From: a virus
IMG/VR virus record: IMGVR_UViG_3300045988_125802
DNA length: 64,000 bases
Strand: one strand, 5' to 3'
Position 1 is the stretch's first letter. Each line of letters starts with the position of its first letter. Positions 63,037 to 64,000 of this stretch are shown here, one piece after another. Position numbers and translations under genes: made by a program. The notes beneath the pieces are model-generated. The model saw nothing but the letters and a program-made list of their open reading frames with translations, made no database searches and was not told the DNA's origin.

Positions 63037-64000
63037 CTACTCAAAATAATGCACTATTAAATCATGTATAACTGTCTTAATTCCCGCGTATACATCATTT
63101 TTAGTTAACATAATATTAAGCCAAGGATTTCTCATCCTATCTCTATTATTCTTTGAATCTCTTGGTATTAAAAGATTCCATGTTCTAAATTTCTTCTTAA
63201 CATTAGAATTACCTATTCTATTAAATTTTAAACTTACACTATTAGATTGATATTCATTTTTTACCTCTAATCTATCAAAAGCCATATGATCATACCAGTA
63301 TGTATTATCATCATAAAAACAGTCAGCTCTATATTCAATGTTGTTGAATATTTTGTCACTTGTAGGATCTGGATTAGCTATTATATTTATATAATAAGGC
63401 TGCAACACGTTATAGAAATCGTTATAATTACCTTCATGTTGCTTCCATAGTTTATATCCACCTTCATAGATATTTTTATAAGAACTGAATGGTCTTATAG
63501 CCCCAGTGGTATCTGTTAGGGAAAATATATAAGGAGTTTTTTCATAACTATAGAATGATGTAAACTCATTAAACAATTCATTATAGGCTAGGCACTCTTT
63601 ATTTGTTATAAACAATATATCTCCAGTGGTATTATCATAATAAGTTACCATATTATTAAAATCAACAGGATTCCAAACAATGCCTTCCTTGGAGTTACTA
63701 TATACCCAAGAGTGAAATCCTTTTGAATCACTAAGATTAGTTATAGAATTGTTGAATAAATAAATGCTCTTTGAAATATCATCTGTAAAGTATAGTCCAT
63801 TAGGACTCTGACAAATAGACCACTTATTTTGACATCCTATGATATTACTAATATATCTTACTCCATTAACTTTACCACTATTGCCCAATTCCACTGGAAC
63901 ACCTTCAGTTGTAGATAACTGAGTCCTTGTATTATACAATATTTCTGAAATACCTTTATCTTGAAAAGCTATAAGACTGTTATTTAAAAATTTAATAGCA
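63037..64000 (-). CDS. hypothetical virion-module protein, 5-prime partial
   Basis: The frame stays open upstream of the track TTG start (63939) to the window edge (...AIKFLNNSLIAFQDKGISEILYNTRTQ...). Confidence 0.6.
   Translation of the reverse strand, partial: AIKFLNNSLIAFQDKGISEILYNTRTQLSTTEGVPVELGNSGKVNGVRYISNIIGCQNKWSICQSPNGLYFTDDISKSIYLFNNSITNLSDSKGFHSWVYSNSKEGIVWNPVDFNNMVTYYDNTTGDILFITNKECLAYNELFNEFTSFYSYEKTPYIFSLTDTTGAIRPFSSYKNIYEGGYKLWKQHEGNYNDFYNVLQPYYINIIANPDPTSDKIFNNIEYRADCFYDDNTYWYDHMAFDRLEVKNEYQSNSVSLKFNRIGNSNVKKKFRTWNLLIPRDSKNNRDRMRNPWLNIMLTKNDVYAGIKTVIHDLIVHYFE

Noticed and set aside
1-64000. Genome-wide stop-codon reassignment (TAG or TGA recoding, known in some crAss-like lineages)
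   Set aside because: Long genes up to 2454 aa are uninterrupted under the standard code. TAA, TAG and TGA each terminate well-supported genes (for example 46631 TAA, 14132 TAG, 36351 TGA). Only one isolated in-frame TAG was found, and it is reported separately.
1-64000. CRISPR arrays, integrase/att sites, rRNA genes
   Set aside because: No regularly spaced direct repeats were seen, no tyrosine or serine recombinase motifs were recognised in any ORF, and there is no rRNA-like sequence.

Overview
The window is an AT-rich, densely coded fragment of a crAss-like (Crassvirales-type) phage genome that appears adapted to a Bacteroidota host. About 50 kb of plus-strand genes run from 1149 to 51343. 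They meet a minus-strand block of very large virion-type genes (51379 to the window end) at a convergent junction. The plus-strand block carries small early or membrane ORFs, a tRNA island, and a replication and nucleotide-metabolism module. That module holds an SF2 helicase, a DnaB-like helicase, a Toprim primase, family A DNA polymerase, UDG, dUTPase, ThyX, anaerobic RNR NrdD/NrdG, RecB-like and T7 endonuclease I-like nucleases, and a split AAA ATPase. It also carries the 2454-aa crAss-type virion RNA polymerase with a DFDVD catalytic motif. Host-type Bacteroidota promoters (TTG-N18-20-TAnnTTTG), A-run leaders and clean rho-independent terminators are visible. Three essential genes (polA, nrdD, an AAA ATPase) are each interrupted by a group I intron. 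All three introns show the classical R and S core elements and P1/P10 pairings; P and Q were located in two of them. Each intron carries a different homing endonuclease, and at least four more free-standing endonuclease genes are present. The candidate with the least precedent is a translationally coupled four-gene cassette (19429-23774) containing an intact JAB/MPN+ metalloprotease and an E1/ThiF-like adenylyltransferase, flanked by two unknown proteins. This looks like a possible phage-borne ubiquitin-like conjugation or deconjugation system. Other oddities are two tRNA-like genes with expanded anticodon regions, an orphan tRNA 3-prime half, an ORF split by an in-frame TAG, an SPFH-lipoprotein membrane cassette next to a glucosaminidase, TGACA-N3-TGTCA palindromes, and a 2329-aa protein combining RecB-like nuclease and HExxH motifs. 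All functional calls come from motif reading by eye; no database search was run.
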